From Octopus sinensis (lineage: Eukaryota), in assembly GCF_006345805.1 (NCBI RefSeq), contig NC_043001.1, positions 118,358,001-118,422,000 of the forward strand: a DNA stretch of 64,000 nt, read 5' to 3'. The notes under the pieces were generated by a model, which did not search any database, was not told the DNA's origin, and was given only the letters and a program-made list of their open reading frames with translations. Both the position numbers and the translations under genes were made by a program. Of the stretch, positions 39,829 through 53,476 are shown piece after piece; position 1 is the stretch's first letter; the number at the start of each line of letters is the position of its first letter.

Positions 39829-39957
39829 GAAAATTACTAAGCAACCAATGTTCCCATGTGAACTTAAAACTTCCTGATGGGATATTGCTCGCTGAGTTTA
39901 GAACCATTGGCTTACAAGAATAGCTACTCCAAAAGCAGACCATTTCACTATGCTATG
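39829..39957 (+). other. Candidate non-coding 5'UTR exon of NDST (129 nt)
   Basis: Acceptor ttttatttccaag|G and donor ATG|GTAAAG around non-repetitive sequence upstream of the coding exon. Confidence 0.35.
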
Positions 39958-41854
39958 GTAAAGTTCTCAAAGTAAGGTTGTATTTGAATCCCTGCTTAAT
40001 GTTAAAACTGGTGACAGTAGAAATTACATTGACAAAGAAACTCATTGCTACTCAATATATCATGATAGATTGCCATCATCAGTTGCATATGTCTGTTTTG
40101 TATGGAGTGATGGGTTTGCTATACTTCAGTTTTTTTTTAGTTTTTTTTTTACATATCTTGATTCCTAGAGGTACTCATCACTTACAGGCTCTAATATGCA
40201 GTGATAACTCATAGTGAAGTGTGTTCAATGTAATTGTCTGAACTTCTCCACTGTCCAATCTATTTCTGTTTACCCATAGATTGTTGGCTTATCAGCCACA
40301 ATTAACCACATTTTTGTTGCATCCTTAATGCAGTATTTGTTGTTAATGCTATTGCAACTATTTTGCAGCAGCAAAATGTTTATTTTTACGTTTGATTGAG
40401 TTGAGTAAGAAGAGATGGTGTTTTTAGGGTGCTGTTCACTGAGTGTTTGGATGTGAACTTTCATTTTGTGGGTTGCAGTAACAGCTGCTTTCTTCGTGTG
40501 TCCAGGTGGTCTTTCAATTTTGGTATTATTGTGATATTGTGTAGTTGGTCTGTGGGTGTTGTCTGTGTGTAACTTGCGGTGATGCATGTGTTTTGTAGAT
40601 TTTGTAGTTTATTTGGTTTGTTGAGGAGAGATTGGAGATTGAGGTAGGGCTTGATATCATCTACAATGGATTTAATGCATTCTTTATACCTTGTTTATTC
40701 CTATGAAGTAAATGTGATATCAGTGTGTTCTCCTAATATGTGTTATTTTTGCTTTATTTACTCTATCCTCTTGTCTTCTTTGGATGTTGTAGAGATGTCG
40801 TAAATAAATTCTTTGATGTATCTTTGTGCATAAGCTTCGGTTGGGATTTTTACAACCGGATGGCCTTCCAAGCGCTTAGATCTTTCTAAATAGTAGTAGT
40901 CACTGGACATTGTTCTAGCATCATAGGGTTTCTGTTGTGCTGTTTGTGAGGCAGTTCTACAAACTGCATGTAAACATGTGGTTTTGAAATATATACAATA
41001 TTTGTTGTAGCTATTGCCGTATGTTAATTACTGCAATGTGCTGTAGCAATAAATGTTACATAAAGTGGATTTCTGATAAATTATAGTTCAAATATATTGA
41101 AGGCAATGCTGCTATATGATGAAACGAGTCTTTTAAATTATGCCTGCAATACTCAAAGAAATTAGGCTAAGTATAACAGATTAAATGCATATGTTTGAAA
41201 CAGATGCATCTTTTTGTAGGTTAATTAAAGGTCTAATTCAGTGCTATGTTAACTATTAATATTAAAATATTTAAGATGTCTAAATTTACGAGCACAAGTA
41301 ATATATAAATATTGGTGTGTAGTTGCTTTGTGACCAAATGGTTATGAGTTCATTCTAACTTCACTGCATTCTGGCCAAGTATCTTTTGGTGTAGTCATGA
41401 GTTAGCCGAAATCTTGTGAGTGGAATCTGATAGACACAAACTGTGTAAAGGCTTCTTTGTGTATATATGTGTTTGTCTTTCATTACTGGTGTGTTCAGTT
41501 TCATGTCATGTAAAAAAAAAACAAAAAGAAAAAAAGAAAGTAACTTAGCTATTTGATAAACAAATATTGATAAAATAAGTACCAAACTGAAATATATTCT
41601 GGTGTCAAATTGTCTAACTTTTAAAGGGGATACCCCAACATGGATTCAGTCCTATGACTGAAGCGAGTTAAAGCATATACAAAGATTATTTTAAAATGTT
41701 CAGGTTTATATGTATTCAAGTATACAGTAAGCATATAGTAATTTTTTGTCAGAAAACAATTTGCATGATAGACCATTAAATATTAAATTGGAATAATTGG
41801 TAAGGTGGTTGATTGGTTAATGCGTAAACATTTTAATATAGAGATTGGGAGAGC

Positions 41855-42700
41855 TGTCTTTGGAGAAAGTAGTGTTTCTCTGTGTTGCCAACTGAAGGTC
41901 TCTTTCTCTGAGTAAAAGGAAGATTGTATGATGCATGCATATGTATGAACAGCAGTACTACATGGTAGTGAAATGTGGGTCCTCAACGTAGAAGACATGT
42001 GAAGGCTAGAGAGGAATGAAACTAGTATGTTCTGCTGGATGTGCAATGTCAGTGTAGATGTGTGACAGGGTGTGTATTGAGAGAAAAGTTAGGCTTAAGA
42101 GGAATTAAATATATGCACGTAGACAATTGTATAAAGAAGTGCTGATCACTTATAGAGGATGGACATTGTGGAAGTAGGAGAGCCAGGAAGACATAGGACA
42201 AAGTACTGTAGGCTGATTTCAAACACAGCCTTAGGAAGATGACAGAAGACCAATATATCTGGTGCCTTGATGTACTCAAGAAGGCCTGACCACCATAGCA
42301 GGACAGGTTTAGCATATCCTAAACCACTTTGGTTAATGCTTGTCTGTTAGGAAATTTCTCCCACACCCATTTGCATCCTTTCTGCCAGTCAACCATCTCT
42401 ACCTTCATCTTTCATCCCTTAACACCCATCACCTCTCTATCAACTGAGAGCAGAATAAAGCACACACCACTTCCACCTTACTGTCTCCTCCAACCACTTC
42501 TTTTATCTGCCTTCTCTATCCATATTGTTCTCCATCATTAACATCACACCTGTCCACTGTCACCTTCAGTGCCACCACATACCTCCTACTGCAACCCACC
42601 CCCCTCTGAGCTTCTCCTATATCTCTCTTCATTTGTCACAATTACCTTTACCCTTCCTGCCCACCCTCTCCAAAACTCTATATCACCCCACTTATTCTCA
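41855..42700 (+). mobile_element. Old RTE LINE (ORF C-terminus plus CT-rich 3'UTR)
   Basis: tctctgagtaaaaggaagattgtatgatgc...ggagagccaggaagacatagg, followed by a pyrimidine-rich tract. Confidence 0.75.
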
Positions 42701-43170
42701 CCACACACATGCTCTCTCTCTCTCTCTCACACACACACTCTCCCTCCCTCCCTCACACACACACACACACACACACACACGCATGCTCTCTCTCTCTCTC
42801 TCTCTCACACACACAGACGCTCTCACACACACACATGCTTTCTCTCTCTCACACACACACATGCTTTCTCTCTCTCACACACACACATGCTTTCTCTCTC
42901 TCACACACACACATGCTTTCTCTCTCTCACACACACACATGCTTTCTCTCTCTCACACACACACGCTTTCTCTCTCTCACACACACATGCTCTCTCTCTC
43001 ACACACGCTCTCTCTCACACACACGCTCTCTCTATCTCTCACACACACACACACGTGCTCTCTCTCACGCGCGCTCTCTCACACACACACACTCTCTCAC
43101 ACACACACTCTCTCTCACACACACACTCTCTCTCTCTCACACACACACTCTCTCTCTCACACACACATGC
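42700..43170. repeat. (CT)n(CA)n compound minisatellite, ~25 bp unit
   Basis: Repeated tctctctctcacacacacacatgctt. Confidence 0.9.
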
Positions 43171-43451
43171 ATTTACTTTTCTGCTTGTTTCAGTCATTGA
43201 CCTACTCTTATACTATCGCTGCCTTCAAGGGTTTTCATTTTTTTAGTTGATCAGATCTACTCTAGTACTTATTTTAAGTCACATATTTATTCTATGGATC
43301 TTTTTTTTTTTTCCCAAACTGCTAAGATATGGGGGATGCACACAAGCCTATACTCATGGTCAAGCAGTGAGAGGCAAATGCAAACATGTACATACACAGT
43401 TATATACATACACAGTTATATACATACACACACAGTTACATACATACCCTT

Positions 43452-43990
43452 CAAACATGATATAGTTGCAAAAACTATTTACCATGCTATCGGCAGGAAG
43501 AATGGCCCTGATGGGTATGTCAGTCATTTGAAAAACAATGTATTTACATCTTTAAAAACAAGGAATATTGGTAGAATATTTCAATAAAAACAGTAATCCA
43601 GTGCAAACACAACAGACCTGATATTGTACTATGGGACAGGGAAGAAAAATCATGCACTGTTGTAGTGGTTAGCTGTGCAGACAATGTGAAGATACCATCA
43701 AATGTTCAGGAAAAAAGAGAGTATTTATGGTGAACTTATGTGAAACTTACAGCTCTTGTACCTTGGCTAAAGATTTTCATATGTACCTATCATCATAGAT
43801 GCATTAGGCTATATAAGTGATTTGTACAAAAACCTAGAAATGCTAGGATTTTCTAAGAAAGAGCATACATCCTCCAAATCTTAGCAGCACATTTAAAATT
43901 TGTAAAACATTTCAAAGATTTTGCTTTTGAGATCATTTATTTGAATATATACACACAATCTGTGCCACCATGATGTTGATGATTATGATT
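43452..43990 (+). mobile_element. Remnant of an R4/Dong-like non-LTR element (restriction-like endonuclease domain)
   Basis: HDIVAKTIYHAI, HNRPDIVLWDREEKSC, PIII.ALG and KICKTF read across frameshifts. Confidence 0.75.
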
Positions 43991-44828
43991 TGGCTGTGTG
44001 CATCTACAAAGTTATGTAAAAAGTTATCATGCACCCCCATCCTAAATACTAGAGAGACACACTCAGGACATAAGTGAGGTGCATACACTTATGTACATGC
44101 ATGCACTAACTCAAACATGTATTTACAAACCCCTGGAAAATTTCTTAACTAAAGTCTTGTCAGTTTGTTAGCAACCAGTTTGAAGTTCCTGAAGACATTA
44201 AATCTCAAAGAAAACATATACAAAAGCCTTTTCCTTGAATAAACAATTGTGGCAGAGAGAAAGGAAACTTGCATGCATGGGTAGCTGGTAATGTTTCTCA
44301 AAAAATCTTGCTCAGGCCTGCATGTGCAGATGCATTGACAATATTGACCAATGGAGGCCATACATATGTATTCAGTATTTATTATATTATGCAGCTATAA
44401 TAATATTTTATTGACCGACTGATTTAAAACCCATATTACTTTCCTAGGACTTCCTATAAATAAAGATGCTTTTAGATATAATAATATTATGTAGTCATTT
44501 AGTACTGTGAATGTAGCATTGTTCTTTTATGGAAACCCCATAAAAAGATTGAGCCAACTGTTTACTATGTAAATCCTCTCTAACTAAACAACAGAAATGA
44601 TTTACCCTCTGTACATCGTTTTTATATTTCTGTGACTTCTAGTTTTACTGAAGTCAACATGGTTATTTTCTCATTCACTCACCATGTTTAGCAACTGTTT
44701 GTAATTATAGTCTGTTACACATTTAAAAGACTAGAAGAGTTGTATCTATAGAAATAATTGATTTTTATTTATGCATCACATTTAGATTTTTGTCTTATTC
44801 CATTTTTTCTTTTTGTTTTGTCTTTCAG

Positions 44829-45132
44829 AATTCCCTGAATGAGAACAAGCATTACATTCAATACAGTTGGTGTACTAAAAAAAAGAAAAGGAAAAAAAAA
44901 CATGGATTACGGAATGGAAGATGGTGTATTGTTTGTTAGAAAGTCTAATACATAAATAAAATAATTTCCTTGAACTGTATAAAAAGTAAACTATGAATTT
45001 AAAAATCAGCTTAACAGTTCTGTTGCCAATGAATACAGAATGTCAATGATACGGCACTGGCAGCCTCCTTGAAGTTTGTGTTTTAAGAATTAGAGCAACT
45101 CTACTTGTATTTATTACACATAAACAAACAGC
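44829..45132 (+). promoter_or_regulatory. NDST: 5'UTR part of the NDST first coding exon, with 8 upstream AUGs in 4 uORFs
   Basis: Acceptor ttttgttttgtctttcag|AA at 44828/44829. uAUGs at 44839, 44902, 44914, 44921, 44993, 45029, 45040, 45046. Confidence 0.75.
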
Positions 45133-46137
45133 ATGTATAGCAGACGCTGTTTTGTTTGGTTAAAAAATAGCCTTCTCTGGAAAAGTAACTTCCGAAAATG
45201 TTCATTGACAAAAATTCTGATAGCCTTGTTCAGTCTATCTTCATTAAGTTTTCTTGCATATCAATGTCTTATTGATCATTCCCATGTGAAAAGGCATGAA
45301 ATTCCAGTCTCTACAATTGAATGTCGCTTAAATCCTGTTAGTGGAGGTATGTTTAGTCCTAGTGATCATTCTTCTAGCAGTAATCATCGCATAGACAACA
45401 AAGTTCTTGTCATCGTGGAAACTCAGTATTCGTATCTTGGACAGGATATCATACACTTATTGGAAGCGATACGGGTAAAGTACAAAGTTGAACCCAATGG
45501 CAAAACCTTGCCCTATTTAACTCATGGAAATAAAGGGAAATACAGTGCTATTATATTTGAAAATTTTGATGCTTATGTTAATATGGATGCTTGGAATAGA
45601 GAATTACTTGACAAATACTGTCGGGATTTTAATGTAGGAATTATTTCTTTTGTTGCAAGTCGGGATAATATAGCCTATTCGAAACGAATGAAAGACTTTC
45701 CTCTCACAATTTACCAATACATGGCAATCGAAGATTACGAACTTAATCCAATGTCAAATATTTGGCGGATCACACGGCCTGGAGAAATAATTCGTGGTCC
45801 TTTGAAAGATGATGAGTGGGTCATTTTCCAGTTTGAACATGCTACTTACAAGCCACTTTCTTATGCCAAACTGTCAAGGAATTACGGACGCTATATTGAT
45901 CTTTCTGATAATACTGTCTTTCCAGCTATCCAAGATTTGGGATTGCTGGATGGAATACAGAAAGTTATTTTTGGAAATGGATTGAGGTTTTGGCTCCATT
46001 GCCTTGTGTTTCTCGATAGTTTATCTTATCTTTCACACGGAAAGCTGAGTTTACCTTTAGATCGTTATGTTCTTATTGACATTGATGATGTATTTGTTGG
46101 AGCTGCTGGCAAACGGATGAAAGTATCTGATGTTCAT
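45133..46137 (+). CDS. NDST: First coding exon (335 codons, phase 0 end) of bifunctional heparan sulfate N-deacetylase/N-sulfotransferase
   Basis: Type II TM segment (ILIALFSLSSLSFLAY) followed by NDST motifs VLVIVETQYS, KGKYSAIIFEN, MDAWNRELLDKYC, DLGLLDGIQKVIFGN, WLH.LVFLDSLSYLS, LPLDRYVLIDIDDVFVG. In-frame TAA at 45121-45123 lies upstream of the ATG. Donor CAT|GTGAGT at 46137/46138; the ORF track reads through into the intron. Confidence 0.96.
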
Positions 46138-46433
46138 GTGAGTATATCAACTTATTCTTTTATTGGTTTTAATCATTGAACTGTGGCAGTACTGGGATGT
46201 GGCCTTCAAGGGTTTTAATTGATCATATCAATCCCCTGTTCTTATTTTGCTCTGGTACTTATTTTATCAAACCACTGATTTATGGGACCTAAAGGGAGAT
46301 TAAAATAATCACAACATCACTTTTAAGCAGCATAAACAGATGGGTTTCAGTACATTTCTGTTTTCCAGATTAAACTCACAAAGCATTGGCTGGTTTGGGG
46401 TAAACACAGACACACAAATATATATATATATAT

Positions 46434-46620
46434 CATCATCATCATCATCATCATCATCGTTTAACGTCCGTTCTCCATGCTAGCATGGGTTGGACGGTTC
46501 GACCAGGGATCTGGGAAGCCAGAAGGCTGCACCAGGCTCCAGTCTTATCTGGCAATGTTTCTACAGCTGGATGCCCTTCCTAACGCCAACCACTCTGTGA
46601 GTGTAGTGGGTGCTTTTTAC
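46434..46620 (-). mobile_element. Young RTE 3' fragment
   Basis: (CAT)n plus RTE terminus. Confidence 0.9.
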
Positions 46621-46624
46621 ATAG

Positions 46625-46790
46625 AACAGGCTTCTTTAAGTTTCCATCTATCAAATCCATTCAAAAGGCTTTGGTTGGCTTGAGGCTATAGTAGACACTT
46701 GCCCAAGGTGCCATGCAGTGTTACTGAACCCAGAACCATATGGTTGGGAAGCAAGCTTCTTACCACACAGCTACTCCTGCACCTATGCTG
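46625..46790 (-). mobile_element. tRNA-derived SINE
   Basis: Homologous to 25686-25850. Confidence 0.85.
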
Positions 46791-46839
46791 TTAGCATAGT
46801 GGAAACAATTTAGATCTGATGGTATTCTATGAAGATGAT

Positions 46840-47520
46840 GATCATCATTTAACATCTGCTTTTTGTGCTGGTATGGCCTGGATAGTTTGGCAGGAGCTGG
46901 TGGGTCAGAAGACTGTGCCAAGCTCAACTGTCTGCTGTGGAATGGTTTCTATGGCTGGACGCCCTTTCTAACACCAACAACATTACAGAATATATTGGGT
47001 TTATTTTATATAGCATCAGCAAATGACTTACATGGCATGACCTCTTAACTGAACAGGGAGTGGTTTTGAGTGAAGTGGCTTTGTGCCAGTTGATGAGAGA
47101 TTAGAATATAGAGGGATAGAAATAAGTGTCTTCCAGGAAAGTAGATACGGGGGGGGGGGCTACTTTAGAAGGAATGAAAATGGTGAAGATGTGATGGTGG
47201 GGAGTACATTCAAGTTACTGGGAGGTGTATATAAGTGGAACCAAAGATTGGATAGGGTGAGTGGATCTGAAAGTTTGCAAGATTGGTGGCGGGTAGGAGG
47301 AAGGGATGTAGTGAATGGACACAAAAAGAGGGGGGGGTGTTAGGAGGATATGTTGCGGGGGGGGGGGATTCAACAAAGATATGTTGCATGCAGGTGGGTT
47401 CATGGGGGTGGGTGGTTTAATGGGAGAGTTGGAGGTAGAGGGGAGGGGAATATAGCAAGTGGGGGATAGGGAAGGTGTGAAGAAGATCGGTTGTGAGGGA
47501 GAGGTTTGTCATGAAACAGT
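46840..47520 (-). mobile_element. Old RTE 3'UTR with G-rich purine tract on the + strand
   Basis: Decayed RTE terminus followed by a GA-rich tract complementary in composition to 42330-42700. Confidence 0.6.
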
Positions 47521-48579
47521 CTTTTACAAAATTGTTTTGTCATTTCATTTCGATAATAAATTAGATTGTCAAAATCTGTTTTAGTTACATATTCCCACCA
47601 CACACACTTGTGTAAATTGGCGTTTGTAATTACTGGTATTTTCCCTGCTGATCTATTTGTATTAAAAAAAGAAAAGACAGAGTTTGATGTATAGGGCAGA
47701 ATTACGACCAAAATGTTACAAGAATCTGAGTAGTTAGAACAGATGAATTCTAATGGCAATTTAAATAATGTTAAGAAAATTTTTTAATGAATTAGACATT
47801 AGTTAAATGTCTCAATCAACATCCAAACATATGTTTAAAAAGAAGCAGAGTTCTAAAATCTAATTAAATCTAATTTGTATATAAAAAAAAGTTGCTAATT
47901 AGATTTAAAGAATGTCTTTTCATTGGCTCCTTTTCTTATTTTTCACCTATTTCTTTACACTTGTTTCTTTTCTGCAGTTTTTTTAATGAGTTTTTTTCAT
48001 ATGTTTTCTATATGGTTAATGTTTTGAAAAATATGTCAAGTGTAAGAATCTACATAACTATTCCATTTGTGCAAGCATATAAAAAAAACAAACCCAAATT
48101 CTTTGATGTGTATAAGTTCTTTCGTAAACATATGTATTAAATCTAACTAATTAACCTTGTGTTATTTTTCATCACCATTACTGAAGCTAGAGAAAAAAAA
48201 TAAACATGTTGTCTCAATAAAAAAAAAATCTTGGAAGTAATAATAAATATATGGTTATATTTAGGAGTTTGTTATGCAAATAAGTGGTTTTGTTATTTGA
48301 TGCTACTTCGTGGCAACTTGGGCAAGTATCTTTTGCTTTGAGCTGATCATAAATACATTGAGGGAAATTTGAGCTGATCATAAATACTTTGATGGAAACT
48401 GAACAGAAGCCCATCGTTTTGTGTGCATATGTTTTGTGTGAGACCATGCATGTAAATATGTTTGTCTCTGCATGTCTTTGCACAGTTACCATTTGGGCAT
48501 CAGTTACGTTTGGCAGTTTGCAATGGAATAATGTACCTTACTTGAATGTAAGGGTTGGCATTAAAAAGGATATCTAGCT

Positions 48580-49560
48580 CATCGTCATCATCACCATTTA
48601 ATGATTGTTTTCTATGCTGGCATGAGTTGGACGATTTGACAGGAACTGGCCAGCTGGAGAGCTGCACCAGGTTTCAATTGTCTGTTTTGGCATGGTTTCT
48701 ACAACTAGCTTCCTAATACCATCCACTTTACAGAGTGTACTGGGTGCTTTTGATGTGGCACCAGCACAAGAGCTTTTTGTGTGACTTTGTACATGGTGAC
48801 AGCACAGGTGCCTCGTATGTGGCACTGGCATTGGTGCTTTTAACGTGAAACTAGCACCAGCAGGGGTCACCAAGTAGTTTGCAAGAGAAAGACCCCCACT
48901 GCTGAGAGAGGCAGTGGAACCAAGAAAGGTGGCTGTGTGTCAATGAGAGGTTGGAGTTTGATAGAGAGACAGGGATAACTATCTTATTATACAGTAGGAT
49001 TAGGGAGGATATGGGGATGGGAGAAAGTTAGATAGATAGAGAGAGAGGGGGGGGCTACCCACAGAGAACAGTAGGGTGGGAGTAAAAGTAGTACTGAGGG
49101 GACAGAGGAGATGTTCCATAAGAGTGTGAGAGGAAACATTTAGAGATAATAAATGATGGTGAGAGAAATTGGAGTGGCTGGGAGATGAGTATGTATAGGT
49201 GTATGAGGAAGAGTGGAGGGGCCTGCAGAGGGTGGTGGGAGTGTAGGTGAGATGGGTTGTGGGGGAGTTTTGCCAGATGGCAGAATTATGTGTGTGTGTG
49301 TGTATGTGAGGGGAAGGAGTGGTGGTATGGCCATAAAGGACATGCCTGCATATATGGATGGCTGTAACTTTAGCTTGATGGGCCTTTTCAAGCATAGCAA
49401 ATTGCCAGAAGCCTTGACCTTTTGTCATCTCTGTGAGGCTCAACATCTGAAGATCATTTCTCACCATTTGTCCCATGTCTTCCTGGGTCTGCACCTTCCA
49501 TAGGTTCCCTCCACAATTAGAGATGAGCACTTTATGTAGATGTCCTCAACCCATGCCTGC
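48580..49560 (-). mobile_element. Old RTE LINE 3' portion
   Basis: RTE terminus, purine tract, then ORF end (QMVRNDLQMLSLTEMTK). Confidence 0.75.
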
Positions 49561-52054
49561 ATGGAGAAAGTAGATGTAAAAACAAGGATAATGAACATTG
49601 TAAGCTGTGGGGAATTACATATTATCAGTTGCTAAATGACCGCAATAGTTTCGGTACCTTCTAAAACTATAGTGTCTTACAGTTTCACCTAGTAGAATTG
49701 ACACTATCAGTGACTTGGTATTTAGATCCAAAACAAAGCGTATTGCTCCATCAACTAAATCTTCTATCCATGACACCCCCACCCCTAAAAAGAAACAAAA
49801 AAGAAAAAACTGTCATTTTCCATTTAAGAGGTTATTTGAGCAAAACAGTTGCTGACTGAACATACAGAATAATAGTCCATTGATAACATCTGTAAATCTG
49901 TGGAAGTTTGTTGATATTCATTTAGTGTTTTCAGTTATTCGACTGGGCCATGCTAGAGCATCACCTTCAATATTTCTCAGTACTTTATTTTATAAGACAG
50001 TATATTATCATATGACTAAGCTTTCTGACACAACACTAATTTGCCTTGGCGATCAATGAAATAAAATTGGAGTCAGTTTAGTCTTGACAGGATTTGAACT
50101 CTGAGCATATAGGGCCTGAACAAACACCACGAGGCATTTTGTCTGACAATCCAAAAAACTGTCAGTTTCACTGGTGTATTTAAAAATAGAACAGAAGCTC
50201 AATCAGTGGTAGAGGTTTGATTAAAATGTTTAATGTATAATTTAATTGTATAAATATCTGTGTGTGTGTGTCTTTTCCAATTATGAGTTTAAAGATCGCC
50301 AACATAAGATTAGTTGATTCTTGTGTTGATAAATTGCAAAAGACGTTTTTGTTTTTTGAATTATGTTCGGTGATGAACTTAATAACTGTCAGAATTGCCC
50401 TTTGTGTGAGGTTTTGAGAATTCTGGTTGGTTAATTTTTCCAAAATTATATCATTGTAATTGGGAAAATATCTTGCTTGGAAAAAGGTGAAATTGGCAAC
50501 AGGAAGGGTATCCAGTTATAGAAACCTGTCTCAGTGAATTCTGTCAGATCCATGCAAATATGGAAAAGTGGTGGTTAAAATGACAACGATGATGTTAGTG
50601 TTGATGAACTAAAACCTTGCAATATCCATTACATTGAAATTTTTAATTTAAATATGAATACTTTACAGTCTCAGTTTGGTTGGTGTTAAAAAGGTTAAAG
50701 ATGTAAAAAGAGGTGGTAAGCATAAATTATACAGCAGAAAACATCTGGATATCTTCAGTTTATATTTCTATTTATTTTCCCCCTTTGTTTACATAATTTT
50801 TGACACTTATAGCTTTAGTTAAACAATGAGGTTTAAACTGCTGTTACTGACTCCAGGGAAAACAGAGACAAGAATGTTTTGTATGCATGTGATATTTATA
50901 TAAACCATTTACTTTATAATTTTGTGTTCAGGTAAACTTAGATTCCTGTTCAATTAGTTTCAAAGTCTTGTCATTTTGTTAAACAGCTTCTCAGAAAAAA
51001 TGGTCTGCCTCATTATTCTGGGAAGCTCCTTTCATTGCTCCAATATATATAGGCATGGCTGTTTGGTTAAGAAGCTTGCAAGTGTCTTCTGCTATAGCTC
51101 TAGCTTATGCCAGCATGAAAATCAGGTATTAAATGATGATAGTAATAATAGAACAATAACAATACTAAAAATGATAATTTCTATCTTGTGTAGAAAGTTA
51201 GTTCTTTTATGTAAGCATATATACACATATTCAAAAACATTGTTCGGCTCTGGGTTGACCAAAGCCTTGTGAGTTGATTTGGTAGATGAAAACTGTAAGC
51301 ATTGAAAAGAGGATGTTGATTTTACACACATACATACACACACACACACACACACACTCACACACATAATATATATATTTATATAGATAAGGATAACATT
51401 ATTAATTAAAATACTGATCTTATCGGGTGGCCAGGTAATAATTATTATTAAAATTATAATTAATTAAAAACCACATTAAATGTGGTTTTAGAGTCAAGTT
51501 TTGGCTGCTATATCTAGCATGGAGATATCTCTTAGATACCCTTAATTATAATTTTAAAACTACAGGAGTAGTTGAAAGCGCTAATATGAAGAAATAATAT
51601 GTGATATGTAAATAAATATATATTTTTACAACCATCCAGCATTCTGGACACCTTTTTTCTTTCATATGTATTAAATCTGTACATCACCCCCAATACTTCT
51701 AACATATATATATATGTTTGTGTGTACATGTTCATTTATGTTTTTGAATATGTTTATGTATGCTTACTGTAATTATTGTGGTGAGTCTGGACAAAAATAC
51801 CTTGCAATATCTTGTTACATTCCTGTATATTCTGAATCAAATTACACTGAGATCAACTGTTGCCTTTTATCATTGATGTAGGTCAATTTAATTTACTATA
51901 TTTACCTCTAAAATTTCTGGCCTTTGTTAGAAATCAACATATTATTCTTTCTTCAAATCTTCCTAGAGTTTTTCATATATATTTTACAGAAAAGAATTTG
52001 TGACCTTCTACAAAAGATAGAAATTATCATTTTTAGCATTGTTATTTTTTATTA

Positions 52055-52535
52055 TTACTATCATCATTTAATATCTGATTTCCATGCTTCCATGGGTAAC
52101 ACAATTTGACAGGACCTGACGAGTTGGAGGACTATCTATGCTCCAGTATTTACTTTGGAATAGTTTCTGTGATTGGATGCCCATCTCAATGCTACCCACT
52201 TTGCAGACTGTAGTGGGTACATATTGTTTTGGGCACCAGCACCAGAGATCACCACCTCATAACTTGCAAAACTAAGGGCCTATAATGGCACCTATAACTG
52301 AAGGAGAATAGAAGAGTGGGTAATTATTCTAGGCAAATGATGAGAGTGAGTAAGGTGAAAGGAACAGATTTATAGTTGTAATAGGGTAGTAGTAGTAGTA
52401 GTAGTAGTGGAGAAAATAATAGTTGCAAAGTAGTTAATAGTTGGGGGTGGGGTGGCAGGGAATAGGGGAGGGGATTTCTGACAGGGATTATACAGAATTG
52501 GGAAAGGTGATGGAATGGCTTGTGTAGTGACAGTC
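52055..52535 (-). mobile_element. Old RTE 3'UTR
   Basis: catcatttaatatctgatttccatgc terminus plus purine tract. Confidence 0.65.
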
Positions 52536-52540
52536 TATGA

Positions 52541-52896
52541 TAGTGGCTCTCAACTAGAGTCCATATGGCCCCTGGAGGTCCATATAAGATTTTTGGGGGA
52601 CCATGCCACAAAATAGTAAATTGGGGATCTACAATAATATTTTAAGGGCCCCTGAAAAAAGTTTTGCTCTAGATGTATGCATTGGTATATATTGCAAGAA
52701 ACAATTAAGCTAAGTTTCTTTCTCTAACATTTGACATTGTTCAACTTATACAAGATAATGTGTGGGAAACAAAATAGGAATTTTGAAAGAGGTTTCTATA
52801 AAGCTAGTTTTTAAACATCAAATGGCTATGGGGATTCCAACAGAATGAAACAGTAGTCAAAGGGGTCCATAGATAAAAAATGGTTGAGAACCTCTG
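52541..52896. mobile_element. hAT (Charlie-like) MITE
   Basis: TIRs tagtggctctcaac / gttgagaacctctg; TSD gtctatga / gtctaggg. Confidence 0.7.
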
Positions 52897-53414
52897 GTCT
52901 AGGGCCATCTTTATTCTGAGTATGTCACACAAAAGTGTGAGTGGAAAGGGGGATATGAAGGGAGCAGTAAGCTAGAGTGGAGAGAAATCCTGAGTTAGTC
53001 ATCGATGAAAAGAAAGTTAGGCCAAAGAGGGAAAGGTGAGAAAGGTGTGGAGAAGGCAGCAAGAGAAGATGAAGGAGAAGAGTGTGAGAAAGTAGTAAGT
53101 CTAGTGTGGGAAAGAGATACTGGAGAGTACCATAGAGGGAAGAGCAGACTTGGAATGCTGCAGTGGCATTCCAGATGGGAAGACAGTGCAGTGACCCCAA
53201 ATAGGAAGGCAGTAGGAAGGTGATGGTTAGTGAGAGGGCCTGGATGGGTGCAGTGAAGGGAAAGAAAAGCTGGGTGGCATCCCAGAGGTGTTAGGACAGT
53301 CAGTGAGATAAAGGTAAGAAGTGGTGGGTAGCAACAGCGGTAACCTGGGAGAAGGGGTAGGGTTAGAGAGAGGTGGGGAGAAGTAAAGTGATGTAACCGT
53401 AAGGTGGGTTTGAC

Positions 53415-53420
<6 letters not shown>

Positions 53421-53476
<56 letters not shown>

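Noticed and set aside
46138-46179. C-terminal VSISTYSFIGFNH of the 348-aa ORF
   Set aside because: Intron read-through past the GTGAGT donor.
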